Below the pieces are notes generated by a model, which worked only from the letters and a program-made list of their open reading frames with translations, ran no database searches and was not told the origin of the DNA. The position numbers and the translations under genes are program-made. A stretch of 64,000 nucleotides of DNA. Source: the human T2T-CHM13v2.0 reference genome, Homo sapiens. Positions 28,501-44,579 of this stretch are shown one piece after another. The stretch lies in the NCBI RefSeq assembly GCF_009914755.1, contig NC_060928.1; one strand, written 5' to 3'. Numbering within the stretch: position 1 is the first letter of the stretch; each line of letters begins with the position of its first letter.

Positions 28501-29870
28501 TTGTACTCTTTCTGCTCCTCTCTACTGACTGGCATGGCATGTTACTTTTCAGGTGACATGCCTCCACACTCCAAATACAAAAGTACATATTTATGGGTAG
28601 AAAAAAATAGTGGAAATACATATACAAATATGTGCAAATGTGTATATTAATACATTTTCTGTTTTTTTAAATAAGATTCTAAAATTTTAATGTATCACAG
28701 ATAATAACTTGGTCAGCAGTACAATTGGGCATTAAGCATAGCATTAATGAATCATTACTTTTGCTAGAACACAGGCTGACATGTCTTTTAAAACATGGCT
28801 TATAGTTGTCACCTGACTATGTTAAACCCTGAGATTCCTTACCATCTTGATGTTTCATACAAATTACTACTTTCATAATTCATATTAAACACTTCTAGAA
28901 ATCAAAGCTCTTCAGCATATTCTTCTAAAAGATTATTTTATTCTAAGTGAATTTACTGATGTTAAGTTGTAGAAAGTGTTGACTTCTATGCTAAACATAA
29001 AAAAAGAAAAAGGAAGAAATAAGAGACTTGAAGGATAAAGAGAAAGATGGAAAGAGAATGTCAGTTAAAGGACATGAAAGGAAAAGAAGTCTAGGGAGGT
29101 AAAGAAAGACCACCCTCTAACTCTAGCCATTAGTCTCAGTTTCACCAGTCTGTGTAATTCAATCCAAAATCAGAAAATGGAGATGCAGCTTCTATTTATG
29201 CAGTTGAAATTATTAGCCATGTAGCCCCCCTGCCCACACAGATGTAATTAGGATGTCAGAATGCAGGTATGTCCAATCTGCATTTTGTATGGATGCTGTA
29301 GAAGTTGCTTTGATGTCTCTGTTCTTTATTTTTATACTTCTCTATTTGATGAATATTTAGTAATAAACCTAAAGTTTAAAAACTTATTTGCTTTCTGTTT
29401 TGTAGTAATTGTGAGTCGTGTATTTTTATAATGTTAAACGTATGTCCAAGACTTTCCAAGAATATTGATTAGAAATCTGAGATATACAAATACTATTTTA
29501 ATTCTAAAAGGAGCAAAAATTTTAAAAGCTGATAACAATTTAAATCAGTTGCAGATCTCACTTTTTCAAGAAATGAAAAAACCAAAGCATTGTTATATTA
29601 AATCTTTTTAACAGCTATGAAAGCACAGAACAAAATTGGTCATTTAACATGTGTAATTATTATATATTTATATTCTTAGCTCTAGTGCTATTTTGAGAAC
29701 AAGCATTATTTTCCTCTCAATTCAACGAATATTTCTTCCTCACTAATGTTATAAAAGATGCTAATGTGAGGATTTTGGATTTGGACTGCAGATCACATCT
29801 CTTTTACAGTTTGAATCCATTCAGAATTAATGGTCCAGTTGTCAAGAAAACATTTCTATTTCAATTTCAG

Positions 29871-30008
29871 CGATGAAGAACGATACAGATACAGGGAATA
29901 TGCAGAAAGAGGTTATGAGCGTCACAGAGCAAGTCGAGAAAAAGAAGAACGACATAGAGAAAGACGACACAGGGAGAAAGAGGAAACCAGACATAAGTCT
30001 TCTCGAAG
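29871..30008 (+). CDS. FIP1L1: FIP1L1 penultimate coding exon (138 nt), [14 protein letters not shown]...RHKSSR
   Basis: atttcag|CGATGAAGAA ... TCTCGAAG|gtttgc; phase 2-2; frame of ORF 29830..30021. Confidence 0.97.
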
Positions 30009-30519
30009 GTTTGCTCTTTAATAAAATAGTGAACCAATAGTATGTGAGAGATTTTGACTTACTACATTGTCGCATTGGAAGAGGGGAAATTTTGGCCTAT
30101 GAACCAGTCTTGCTTGGTTTCATTAAAGAAAAATTCAGGGCCTTGTCTCAAATTTTTTTAAAAAAGCATTAAACAAAATACCTATTGTTTGCCAAAAATC
30201 AACCCTATACAGTATTTCCGGTTTTGAGTTAATGCCTGTTTCTAATTTGTTACTGTATATTATAATATGCATTTCAGAAGCTGTGTATAGGCACTGGGAA
30301 TCTGAGATAATATCAGTGAAGATGGCCCTATAAAATAAATACAATCCCTGCATAAAAGTCACATAAAACTGATTATTCCTCACATTATATTTATGAGAAA
30401 ATGCATTAGATTATTTTAAACCCAGTGTTATATTGAGAATTTCCTTAGAGTGATTGGATTTTTGTCACTGATTGTGTATTTAAACAGAACACACCTTTTT
30501 TTTTTTTTTTTTTTTCCAG

Positions 30520-30667
30520 TAATAGTAGACGTCGCCATGAAAGTGAAGAAGGAGATAGTCACAGGAGACACAAACACAAAAAATCTAAAAGAAGCAAAGA
30601 AGGAAAAGAAGCGGGCAGTGAGCCTGCCCCTGAACAGGAGAGCACCGAAGCTACACCTGCAGAATAG
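30520..30667 (+). CDS. FIP1L1: FIP1L1 last coding exon, (S)[48 protein letters not shown]-stop
   Basis: T20 tract then ccag|TAATAGTAGACGT; TAG stop at 30665-30667; matches the Fip1 C-terminus. Confidence 0.97.
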
Positions 30668-30804
30668 GCATGGTTTTGGCCTTTTGTGTATATTAGTACC
30701 AGAAGTAGATACTATAAATCTTGTTATTTTTCTGGATAATGTTTAAGAAATTTACCTTAAATCTTGTTCTGTTTGTTAGTATGAAAAGTTAACTTTTTTT
30801 CCAA

Positions 30805-30868
30805 AATAAAAGAGTGAATTTTTCATGTTAAGTTAAAAATCTTTGTCTTGTACTATTTCAAAAATAAA
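30805..30868 (+). terminator. FIP1L1: Proximal FIP1L1 polyadenylation signals (two AATAAA)
   Basis: AATAAA at 30805-30810 and 30863-30868 in an AT-rich 3' UTR; further AATAAA at 31234, 31270 and 31597. Usage cannot be determined from sequence. Confidence 0.7.
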
Positions 30869-31689
30869 AAGACAGCAATGACTTTATATCCAAGAAAGGA
30901 ATGTGAATGAGTCACTTAACAGGGAATCTAAAGAGCTGTGTTAGCTGTGTACATACACAGATTATCTGAGAAAAGGTCAAGGGTTCCACTTGGGCCACAG
31001 TTTTTTTGTTAATCAAACACCACTCTCTTAAGAGGCTGCATCACAAAAGGCAACAAAGGGCCCCTCTAAGGCTTGAGATTAAAACTAGTCTTTATCATTA
31101 CTGCTGTGACACTCTTGCTTAGTATATTAAGAGACTCATACATTTTTGATATCACAACTTTTTGATGGCTTTTCAATATTCTAAATTTGGGTTCCTGGTG
31201 AAACCAAATGGGGTACACTTTCATATCCAAATTAATAAAACCTATAAGGCATCTGGGTGGCCTCTATGAAATAAATTAATTAATTACCCATAGTGTAGTT
31301 TCTAGGAGGCATGTGTACACACACTCTTCATTGTGGCACAAATTTAAATCGCCTCATGACCATGTCTGTGAGCCAGGGTCAAGCTGGTTTGGCCTTCTTG
31401 ATGCATTTTCCAAGGCCCACTGGTGGAGCAGCATGAGTTTTTATACAGTTACTAACGATTGTGGAAAAAAAGAGCTTTAGCCATTTCTTACTAAAAACAA
31501 AACAAGTTTATAATTAATTCTCTGAGCGAGCATTTTTAGGGATAAGCCTAGGAGGTATTCATCGGTGATGGTAACAAATAACATGGTATTTGAAAGAATA
31601 AATTACTAGGATCTTTTAAATAGTGATAATACAAAAGTAATCTTAATTAGTATCACATACTAAAAGACAACTATAACTTCTGAAAAATA

Positions 31690-31873
31690 TTTATTCTTGT
31701 TTGATGAAAGCAACGTTTCTCAGCAATGCATTTTAAAAAATATTTTAGCTGTAAATTAAAAATGGCCATAATGTACCCTTGGCAGACTTCAGCATATACC
31801 AAATTTTAAATTTAAATCAGCTTGAATTCAGTGGGGTATACAAATCATTTTAGTTGTTTTAGGGCTTTTTATT
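31690..31873 (-). terminator. LNX1: Candidate LNX1 polyadenylation signals
   Basis: TTTATT on + (AATAAA on -) at 31868-31873 and 31690-31695, about 250 and 430 nt past the LNX1 stop. Confidence 0.6.
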
Positions 31874-32124
31874 GAATAGAAAAAATATAAACAATGTTGT
31901 AGAGTAATGAGAAATCCTCCACACTGAAAAAAAACTAGTAGTTTTAATTTTTTTGGAATCATATTTTCTGAGGTGTAACTGGCTTTCATTAGATGATCAT
32001 ACTTTTCCTGACATTTTTACAATGTATTCTTTCTTTAAATATAAAAACTGACAAGATAAATATAGTGTTTCAACTTCTTAGCCTATTTGTGATTTTTCTG
32101 TTTTCCTCTGACCCATCATTGATT

Positions 32125-32260
32125 CTATAAAAAAGTGCCAGGCCAAGAAACAATAGTTAGAGTAATTCTTCCTTTAAGTTCTTTCAGCAGTCTTGCCAAG
32201 CAAGCATGTATCATTCCTGATGTACTTCTACCATTGACAGCAAGAAGAATATCACCACAT
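32125..32260 (-). CDS. LNX1: LNX1 last coding exon, C-terminal half of PDZ4, (R)[44 protein letters not shown]-stop
   Basis: Minus strand ttttttttag|ATGTGGTGATATT; TAG at 32127-32125; PDZ GD-I-L-AVNG motif. Not in the ORF track. Confidence 0.96.
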
Positions 32261-32652
32261 CTAAAAAAAAAAACAAAACAAGATATGATTAGTATTTTAA
32301 TTCGTTGCTGAAGTTAATGCAAGTTTATCTTAGTGGTGCTAGATTTTGCTACATCTGACCATTTTAATTATGTTAACTTCTAATTGAGATATTTCTTGCC
32401 TCTTATTTACATTCTCCAAACTCACTATCCATTCAGCTTGTGTTAGAAGGAATGCTAAAAGTATGGGGAGTTGTAGTATGGGACCAAGAATATGTGTAAT
32501 TATTTTGGATTTCTCAGAAGTTGAATGCTACGTACATACTTTTAATCCCCACAAAGTATAATAAATACATGCCTTATCTCAAATGGGGCCAAGCTTTGGC
32601 ATTTATGAAACAACATTTAATACAAGTATTTTTGATTAGTCATTATTATTAC

Positions 32653-32811
32653 CTAATTCTTCCATCATTGTATGCTGGTGTTCCTTCAACAATGGATTTG
32701 ATGAAAAAAGGTTTGTTTCCATTGTATTCTTCATAACCTCCTACAATGCAGAAGCCCAGACTTCCAGCTGTGTTTCTTCGTAATACAATATCTTTACAGT
32801 TATACAAGCAC
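32653..32811 (-). CDS. LNX1: LNX1 penultimate exon (159 nt), N-terminal half of PDZ4
   Basis: tttcag|GTGCTTGTAT ... AGAATTAG|gtaata; [25 protein letters not shown]...[10 protein letters not shown], with an SLGF carboxylate-binding loop. Confidence 0.97.
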
Positions 32812-35800
32812 CTGAAATAGAATGTAATCAGTGTACATGCATATTTAAGTTTCACAGTTAAGGGAATACTTACTGTGACTCATCCTCCATTCCTTTTGTT
32901 GGCATTTTTAATGGCTAAGTACCACTGCATAGGTCCCACTCAAAATTGTATCATACCTTGGTGACCTTTGTGCTGTTAGCTGGCTTTTTGTAATTGAACC
33001 TGTTTTCCATAATTTTGAATATCCTTAAAAAACTGACAGCCCTATTGTGTTCTGTTACACATCTACTGGGAATGATGATAATCATATTTTTAACTTAAGA
33101 CAATGCTTGAATATGTATTAGCAAAAAGTTGGATAAACCTAAATCCTTATTGGTGAACAAACACACTTATGGATGTCATATTTTTATTTACTTGATATAA
33201 TTTTAATGAGGGCAAAAATCCTTTGAATAATCTCAATGAAAGCAGTTTAAGCCTAATCCTAATAAATGAATTCGTATACTTTTTTTGACCTTGGAAAAAT
33301 ACCACTTTACACCCAGTGCTACGTTTGATAAGTCATAGAGAAGCATGCACGCATAAAGTGAATGGAAACAGAAACGTTTAAAGATTATAAGAACAATTCA
33401 AATAGGAGGAAAAACAAACTGCAGGAAACTGGATAGGAAGTTATAAAAGGAATGGGAGAAGGAAAGGCCCAGCTCTTCTGTAAATTAGAATCCTCAACTA
33501 AAATAGCAAATGAGATTGAAGAAATTTTTATTCAGTGGCCCCCAATGGATCAGTGTTCATATAGGTACAGGCCAAGTGTTAACTATGTTATAATTGCCAT
33601 AGAAGTGTGTGTCAGGAGCTGAATTTTACTCCAGGATGACGTTGTTGACCACATTTGTAGCTGTAGTCCGGGAATTGGTTTGAAAGGAAATTGGCATTTT
33701 CATGTTGCCAAAAATCAGATATGGCTATTTTGTTTATATACCGTACCTTAAAATATTAACTGCTTTTTAGAAACCAATAAAAAGTCTTGTGAAATGTTAA
33801 ATGATAAAGTTGATCATTACATTTGTTACCAACCTTGTTAGTCAATGTGACGTGACTTTTTTCATGATGATGTTTTCACTTGAAATAAAATGAGCTTTAG
33901 GGTTTGGCAAATACCTTTAAAATGTAATGCTGAAATTCAACTCTAACCAGTTCTGAATCTATCGTCATACATACACATCATCTATAACAATTTCTTTTAC
34001 TGAAATGATTGCTTAAAAGTATGAATTTCATTAAATTTCCTATTGTAAAATATTTATCTGCTGCATTTCACAGTAAACCTTGATGTCAGTGGTAAATTCA
34101 TTCTTTGGGAGCTGTGGTGTGTCACATAACACACTTTACATAACGGTTCACTGACTCCTCATGTACAAAGCAGGTAACTGGCTATTCTGTAAATACCAAA
34201 GCATTACATTCCCACCTGGGAGGATGTGTGCCCAATTTTTTGGAGAAAGGTAAGAATTAGATGATTGTTATCTAAGGTCATGATCAAATATCAGTTTTAA
34301 TTGCCCAGTTTGATTCTTTAAAATAGATAAATGAGTATACTTTTACTGAATATTTTATTTCATATGGAGAAGCTGTAAACATAACCATCAAAAATATTAC
34401 GTGTTCTAGTTCAAAGCTTTGAACCCAGTAAGTCATAGTGTGCCTATTTTCTAACCTCTTGATACTGGAGAGAACATAACTGCTTTGATCATCTTTCTGC
34501 AGATGTTTAAACAAAACACAAAATCCCCTGCCCTCCTGAAGCATCCATTCAAGTTGATATCAGTGTTCCTAGTTTTATTTAATTAAAAAGTAAACGCCTT
34601 CTTTTAGTGGTGTTTTGAGTATTTAACTTTATTGCCGCAGCGAGAACTCCGTATGTTAATCTGTTTCAAAGTCATACCTTGGTTAGTTGGGTCTGACTTT
34701 GTGGGCATTTTTTTCTTAAGTTGGGTTATTTCACTCCCCACTGGGAAATGTGGCAGCTGTTTTTGATCAGTGACCTCAGATACTAGGTGGCTTTAAACTT
34801 TGAATGTGAATGTTGGCTTTTTTCCTATTCTGCACTCATTCTCTAAATTTAGGCCTATCGAAGATTTGGCATAGTATAAGGAATAGCAAGGAGTTTGGTA
34901 GTTTTTCCCAATGAGAAAATTATGGTTACCTCAAGAACAAATTTAATGAAATGAGTTAATGAGTATGGTGGCTCATTTGATTTCCACTGAAATGAGTTAA
35001 TAAGTATGCTGAAGTCTTGAGCTGCTCAAGAAGCTAAGTTTTTTTCTAAATTTTTATATTTCCCCTTATATTACTAATTTAGTCAATACATATTTGAGAA
35101 CACTGACTTTGAACTAAGTCTGCAGACTACAAAAAACACTAAGGCAGAGCCTCTTTCCTAAGAAAAACACTGTTTAGAAAATAATAAACCAAGTGCATCA
35201 GCCAAAGCCAGTTGTGAGATCTTATTTCTTCCTGATGATTTAAATTATTTTAAATTTTTCATTGCTAAGTGGTATTAGAATAGCAGAGGTTGGAAAGACG
35301 ACAGTGGATGTAGGATGTTTTGAGCTCTGTGAGAGCAGAAAATTGGAAATTGAATCTATAGAAAACCGTCCTTTCACAAAATGTTGCTTTATTATTTTGC
35401 TAGCCCTGTGTTCAGAAAAGTTTAACTTCCTGGCCCCAATTTATATGAACTATGACCATTAACTTAATAGATTCCAGTGAGTAATGTACAGCCTCCTACT
35501 TTGATTAACCTAGCATTTATTCCCTCTTCTGGATCAGGTACCTCTCAGTCTGTGGTGAAGGGACCACCTTTCATTTTGTTTTCCTAGTTTATTGTAGACT
35601 AATACTTTATCGTTAAATAAAAAATGAATTTCTAGAAAAATGAAATATTTAGCTCCAATTTTTATTGTACCTAACAAATATAAAATGTTTTAATATAATC
35701 AACATGAAAAAGATGTTTATGGGAGATTAATATGGACAATCAGTGTTATAAACTCATAATTCTGTGTTCAACTTTTTTTTAAAGTTATGAGAGAAATGCC

Positions 35801-38600
35801 GAGTCCCCATATTAAATGTCTATATGCATACTTTGAACAAACAGGTATAGCAATGTTTAATATAAGTGAGGTTGCTTACTACAATAAGTTGACACTGCTA
35901 CTTGCAGAGGATAAGGGATAACTAAACCATTTTCTACTACACTATTAGCAGAAAAGACAATCTCACGTAGAAATGTTCAGGAGAACAGATTTTAAAGCAA
36001 TTTTAGTAAGCTCAGGCAAGTGATAATTTAACCTCAAAATTTGTCTTTATTCCTCAATGATAGCCAATTACAACAATTTGTACTATAGAGTCAAATTTAA
36101 ATTATCTCTCAGTGACATGAATTCTGAATTCATGAATTTCTTCTGTGTTTTTTCTGAAAATCAGAACATTCTATAAAATCTGTAAGATGTTTGATGATAA
36201 CTTTTGCAGCTGTGCAATATCAAATTTATCACCTACTTGATAATTGTTATCAAGTTACATCCTAACAATTTATGGAAGCTATTCTTCCAAGCGTCTTGCA
36301 TTTTGCCCTTTGATGTTATTGGCCATTGAAAAACATCTTGCATTTTTTTCCTTGCAGGAAATATTAAGCTCAGTAAAAATATTGAATATAATTTGGCAAA
36401 TAAACAAGTTTGGCTGCCCAGTTTACATCTTTAAAAAGTTGGGACCAAACTGGCTTCCTATCTTGCAGAGAAAATAAGGGTTTGGATCTATGGTTCAAAC
36501 ATTTTTGACAGAACTTCTCTTTACTTGTTAGCATGAATAGTTCGTTATGATTAGCTTCCTTATTATCACATAATAAAGAGAATAAACTAGTAAACTAGTA
36601 TCTAATGCACTAGCCTTTATGTAGTCACAATTTTTGCCATATCACTAAACACATTATTTAGTTTGGCTGACATCACGGCAAAATTTTCTGAAGGAGGCAC
36701 TGTATTAAGTTACATTCTTCTCCAGCAGCTGCTTTAATCTGGGGAGCCAGTACTCCAGAAAGTTTTACAATCAATGCAACTGCACCAGCATAACATACCC
36801 CTACCTAAAACTTCCAATTCACCAACAATGTAAACTTCCTTAGTTTTGTATGGTCCAGAGCTAGTTGTGTTTATTGCCAAAGAACTTTTTAAAAATTCTG
36901 ATACATGTTTAAATTGTACATACACTAAAAAGATTTGCCTGTGTATTCAAGTTAAAATGAAAAATATGTTGCTAGCTTTTTTTGAAGTTGGTTTTCATAT
37001 CACTAGTTATGAAACATAGTACCCTTTTTACCACAGATTCACCCAATGTTTCTAAGCAAATTTTAGTTTTCACAAATACCTTGGCAATGTGTATACACAT
37101 TTTTAATCTTACTAACTTAAAATGCTACTTTATTATAGGAAGTCCACAAAGTATAGAGTTTGTGCATAGTATATTGGCATCTACTTCCAGTGACTTTAAT
37201 TAAATACTCTTTCAAAAAATTATTTTGGCTTTTTGTTTGTAAGAGGCATTTATGATTCCATTGTTTTATTAGCCAACACCTCTCCACAAGTGGTTTTACT
37301 ACTTCACCAACAATGACAGCTGCAAACCCAAGCTCCACAGAGGAGTAAAAGCAGCATAAACTTTTTGTTTTAAGAAAAAAAAATCACATATTATTTGGAA
37401 TCACTAATATTGTACTGTTTTCAGAAAAGGTATGTCTTGTCTTGATAAAAATCCAATGAAGTTATATTCACCATCTATAAATAGGCTACTTCTCTAATTT
37501 GGCCAATAATGTTGAACTACATACTTAAAGCAGCTTTGATTAAAATTTAAATGATCGTAAAAAATATGTTTAAAAAGAAACCTGAAGACAGCCGAATAGG
37601 AACAGCTCCAGTCTACAGCTCCCAGCGTGAGTGATGCAGAAGATGGGTGATTTCTGCATTTCCAACTGAGATACTGGGTTCATCTCACTAGGGAGTGCCA
37701 GACGGTGCAGGACAGTGGGTGCAGCACACCGAGCACGAGCCAAAGCAGGGCAAGGCGTCGCCTCACCCGGGAAGCACAAGGGATCAGGGAATTCCCTTTC
37801 CTAGTCAAAGAAAGGGGTGACAGACGGCACCTGGAAAATCGGGTCACTTCCACCCTAATACTGTGCTGTTCCAATGGGCTTAACAAACAGCACACCAGGA
37901 GATTATATCCCGCACCTGGCTCGGAGGGTCCTATGCCCAAGGAGCCTTGCTCATTGCTAGCACAGCAGTAAAGTGCAAGGTGGCAGCAAGGCTGGGGGAG
38001 GGGCGCCCGCCATTGCCCAGGCTTGAGTAGGTAAAGAAAGTGGCCTGGAAGCTCAAACTGGGTGGAGCTCCACTGTGGTGAAGCCCACCACAGCTCAAGC
38101 AGGCCTGCTTCTCTGTAGGCTCCATCTCTGGGGGCAGGGCACAGACAAACAAAAGGCAGCAGTAACCTCTGCAGACTTAAATGTCCCTGTCTGACAGCTT
38201 TGAAGAGACTAGTGGTTCTCCCAGCAAGCAGCTTGAGATCTGAGAACGGGCAGACTGCCTCCTCAAGTGTGTCCCTGACCCCCGAGTAGCCTAACTGGGA
38301 GGCACCCCCCAGTAGGGGCGGACTGACACCTCACATGGCTGGGTACTCCTCTGAGACAAAACTTCAGAGGAATGATCAGGCAGCAGCATTTGCGTTTCAC
38401 CAATATCCACTGTTCTGTAGACACCGCTGCTGATACTCAGGCAACAGGGTCTGGAGTGGACCTACAGCCAACTCCAACAGACCTGCAGCTGAGGGTCCTG
38501 ACTGCTGGAAGGAAAACTAACAAACAGAAAGGGCATCGACACCAAAAACCCATCAGTACGTCACCATCATCAAAGACCAAAGGTAGATAAAACCACAAAG

Positions 38601-39618
38601 ATGGAGAAAAAACAGAGCAGAAAAACCAGAAACTATAAAAATCAGAGCGCCTCTCCTCCTCCAAAGGAATGCAGCTCCTCACCAGCAATGGAACAAAGCT
38701 GAACAGAGAATGACTTCAACAAGTTGAGAGAGGAAGGCTTCAGAAGATCACACTACTACGAGCTAAAGGAGGAAGTTTGAACCAATGGCAAAGAAGTTAA
38801 AAACCTTGAAAAAAAATTAGACAAATGGCTAACTACAATAGCCAATGCAGAGAAGTCCTTAAAGGACCTGATGGAGCTGAAAACCACGGCACGAGAACTA
38901 TGTGACGAATGCACAAGCCTCAGTAGCCGATGCGATCAACTGGAAGAAAGGGTATCAGCGATGGAAGACAAAATGAATGAAATGAAGCGAGAAGAGAAGT
39001 TTAGAGAAAAAAGAATAAAAAGAAATGAACAAAGTCTCCAAGAAATATGGGACTATGTGAAAAGACCAAATCTATGTCTGATTGGTGTACCTGAAAGTGA
39101 CGAGGAGAATGGAACCAAGTTGGAAAACACTCTGCAAGATAATATCCAGGAGAACTTCCCCAATCTAGCAAGGCAGGCCAACATTCAAATTCAGGAAATA
39201 CAGAGAATGCCACAAAGATAGTCCTCAAGAAGAGCAACTCCAAGACACATAATTGTCAGATTCACCAAAGTTGAAATGAAGGAAAAAATGTTCAGGGCAG
39301 CCAGAGAGAAAGGTCGGGTTACCCACAAAGGGAAGCCCATCAGACTAACAGCTGATCTCTCGGCAGAAACTCTACAAGCCAGAAGAGAGTGGGGGCCAAT
39401 ATTCAACATCCTTAAAAGAAAAGAATTTTCAACCCAGAATTTCATATCCAGCCAAAATAAGCTCTATAAGTGAAGGAGAAATAAAATACTTTACAGACAA
39501 GCAAATGCTGAGAGATTTTGTCACCACCAGGCCTGCCCTAAAAGAGCTCCTGGAGGAAGCACTAAATATGGAAAGGAACAACCGTTACCAGCTACTGCAA
39601 AAACATGCCAAATTGTAA
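38601..39618 (+). pseudogene. L1 ORF1 (RNA-binding p40), disrupted
   Basis: ATG at 38601, in-frame TGA at 38700, further stop and frameshift; fragments in ORFs 38871..39221 and 39276..39473; TAA at 39618. Confidence 0.92.
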
Positions 39619-39681
39619 AGACCATCGAGGCTAAGAAGAAACTGCATCAACTAATGAGCAAGCTAACCAGCAAACATCATA

Positions 39682-43499
<3,818 letters not shown>

Positions 43500-44579
43500 A
43501 CAATGAGAAAACATGGACACAGCAAGGGGAACATCACACACCGGGGACTGTTGTGGGGTTGGGGGATGGGGGAGGGATAGCATTAGGAGATATACCTAAT
43601 GCTAAATGACGAGTTAATGGGTGCAGCACACCAGCATGGCACATGTATACATATGTAACTAACCTGCACGTTGTGCATATGTACCCTAAAACTTAAAGTA
43701 TAATAAAAAAAAGAAGAAGAAGAAAGACACAAGGGATCCTAATAATAAAAAACAAAAAAGTGGGAAGTGAAATCTTACAACATGCCTGAAAATACTGGAA
43801 ATTTTTATTTTATTTTTATTTGAAAAAGGTACAAATTTTGATTTTCTGTATTAAATCATTTATTTGAACAATGATTTATTCAACAACAACAACAACAACA
43901 AAAAAAAAAAAAAAAAACAAAAAACAATGGGGAAGTAAAGGACTCTTTGCAATATAATTGATGAACGTGAAAGCCGCCAAAGGTGTATGAAAGCAGATAT
44001 AGAGGCCAAGCAGGGGGAAGGCTGATAAAAGAGATGCTAATGGCAATGAGAGAAATGAGTGTTCCAGAGAGTTGTTATATTGTGCTGTGTTGTAAAGCTG
44101 GAAAAGGCTAAGGTGAAATAACCCTACCAGTAAGAAGAGAATAACTGAGTTTGCTAGTTTCTGAGTTAAATGCTGGCCAAGTAGAAAGAAGTTTTTAATG
44201 CACCTTCTGGAGTGATTTTCAAATTTTTTTGTGACTCTCAGGCCTTGACTATGAAATACGGAAGGTGATTTCTTAAAACTAAATAAAGTTGGTTAGTGAG
44301 GTAAAAAAAGAAAAGAAAAGAAAAGAAAATTGATAACCAACCATATTACTATGAATGTAAAATATTTCTGAAGCAACTGCTCTATGAACAAGAGCTCAAT
44401 GCAGAGATAAGACTTCAAGGAAGATGAGACAACAGAAGAAATGAGCCAATGGAACAGAACACAAAAGTGGAAGAGAAAAATAAAAACACCACAGCAATGA
44501 AAGTGGCTGCAAAGGAACAGAAATAATATTGAAAACACAGTGAGCATTGAAGGAAAGATGCAAATAAGCCAGGAAAACA

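Noticed and set aside
30450-30746. 98-aa ORF overlapping the last FIP1L1 exon in another frame
   Set aside because: Non-ATG start inside the intron and out of phase with the spliced CDS; no support beyond openness.
36116-36134. Short palindromes (CATGAATTCTGAATTCATG here; AATAATTCATGAATTATT near 49415-49432)
   Set aside because: 9-bp AT-rich arms are expected by chance in 64 kb; no miRNA-length hairpin.
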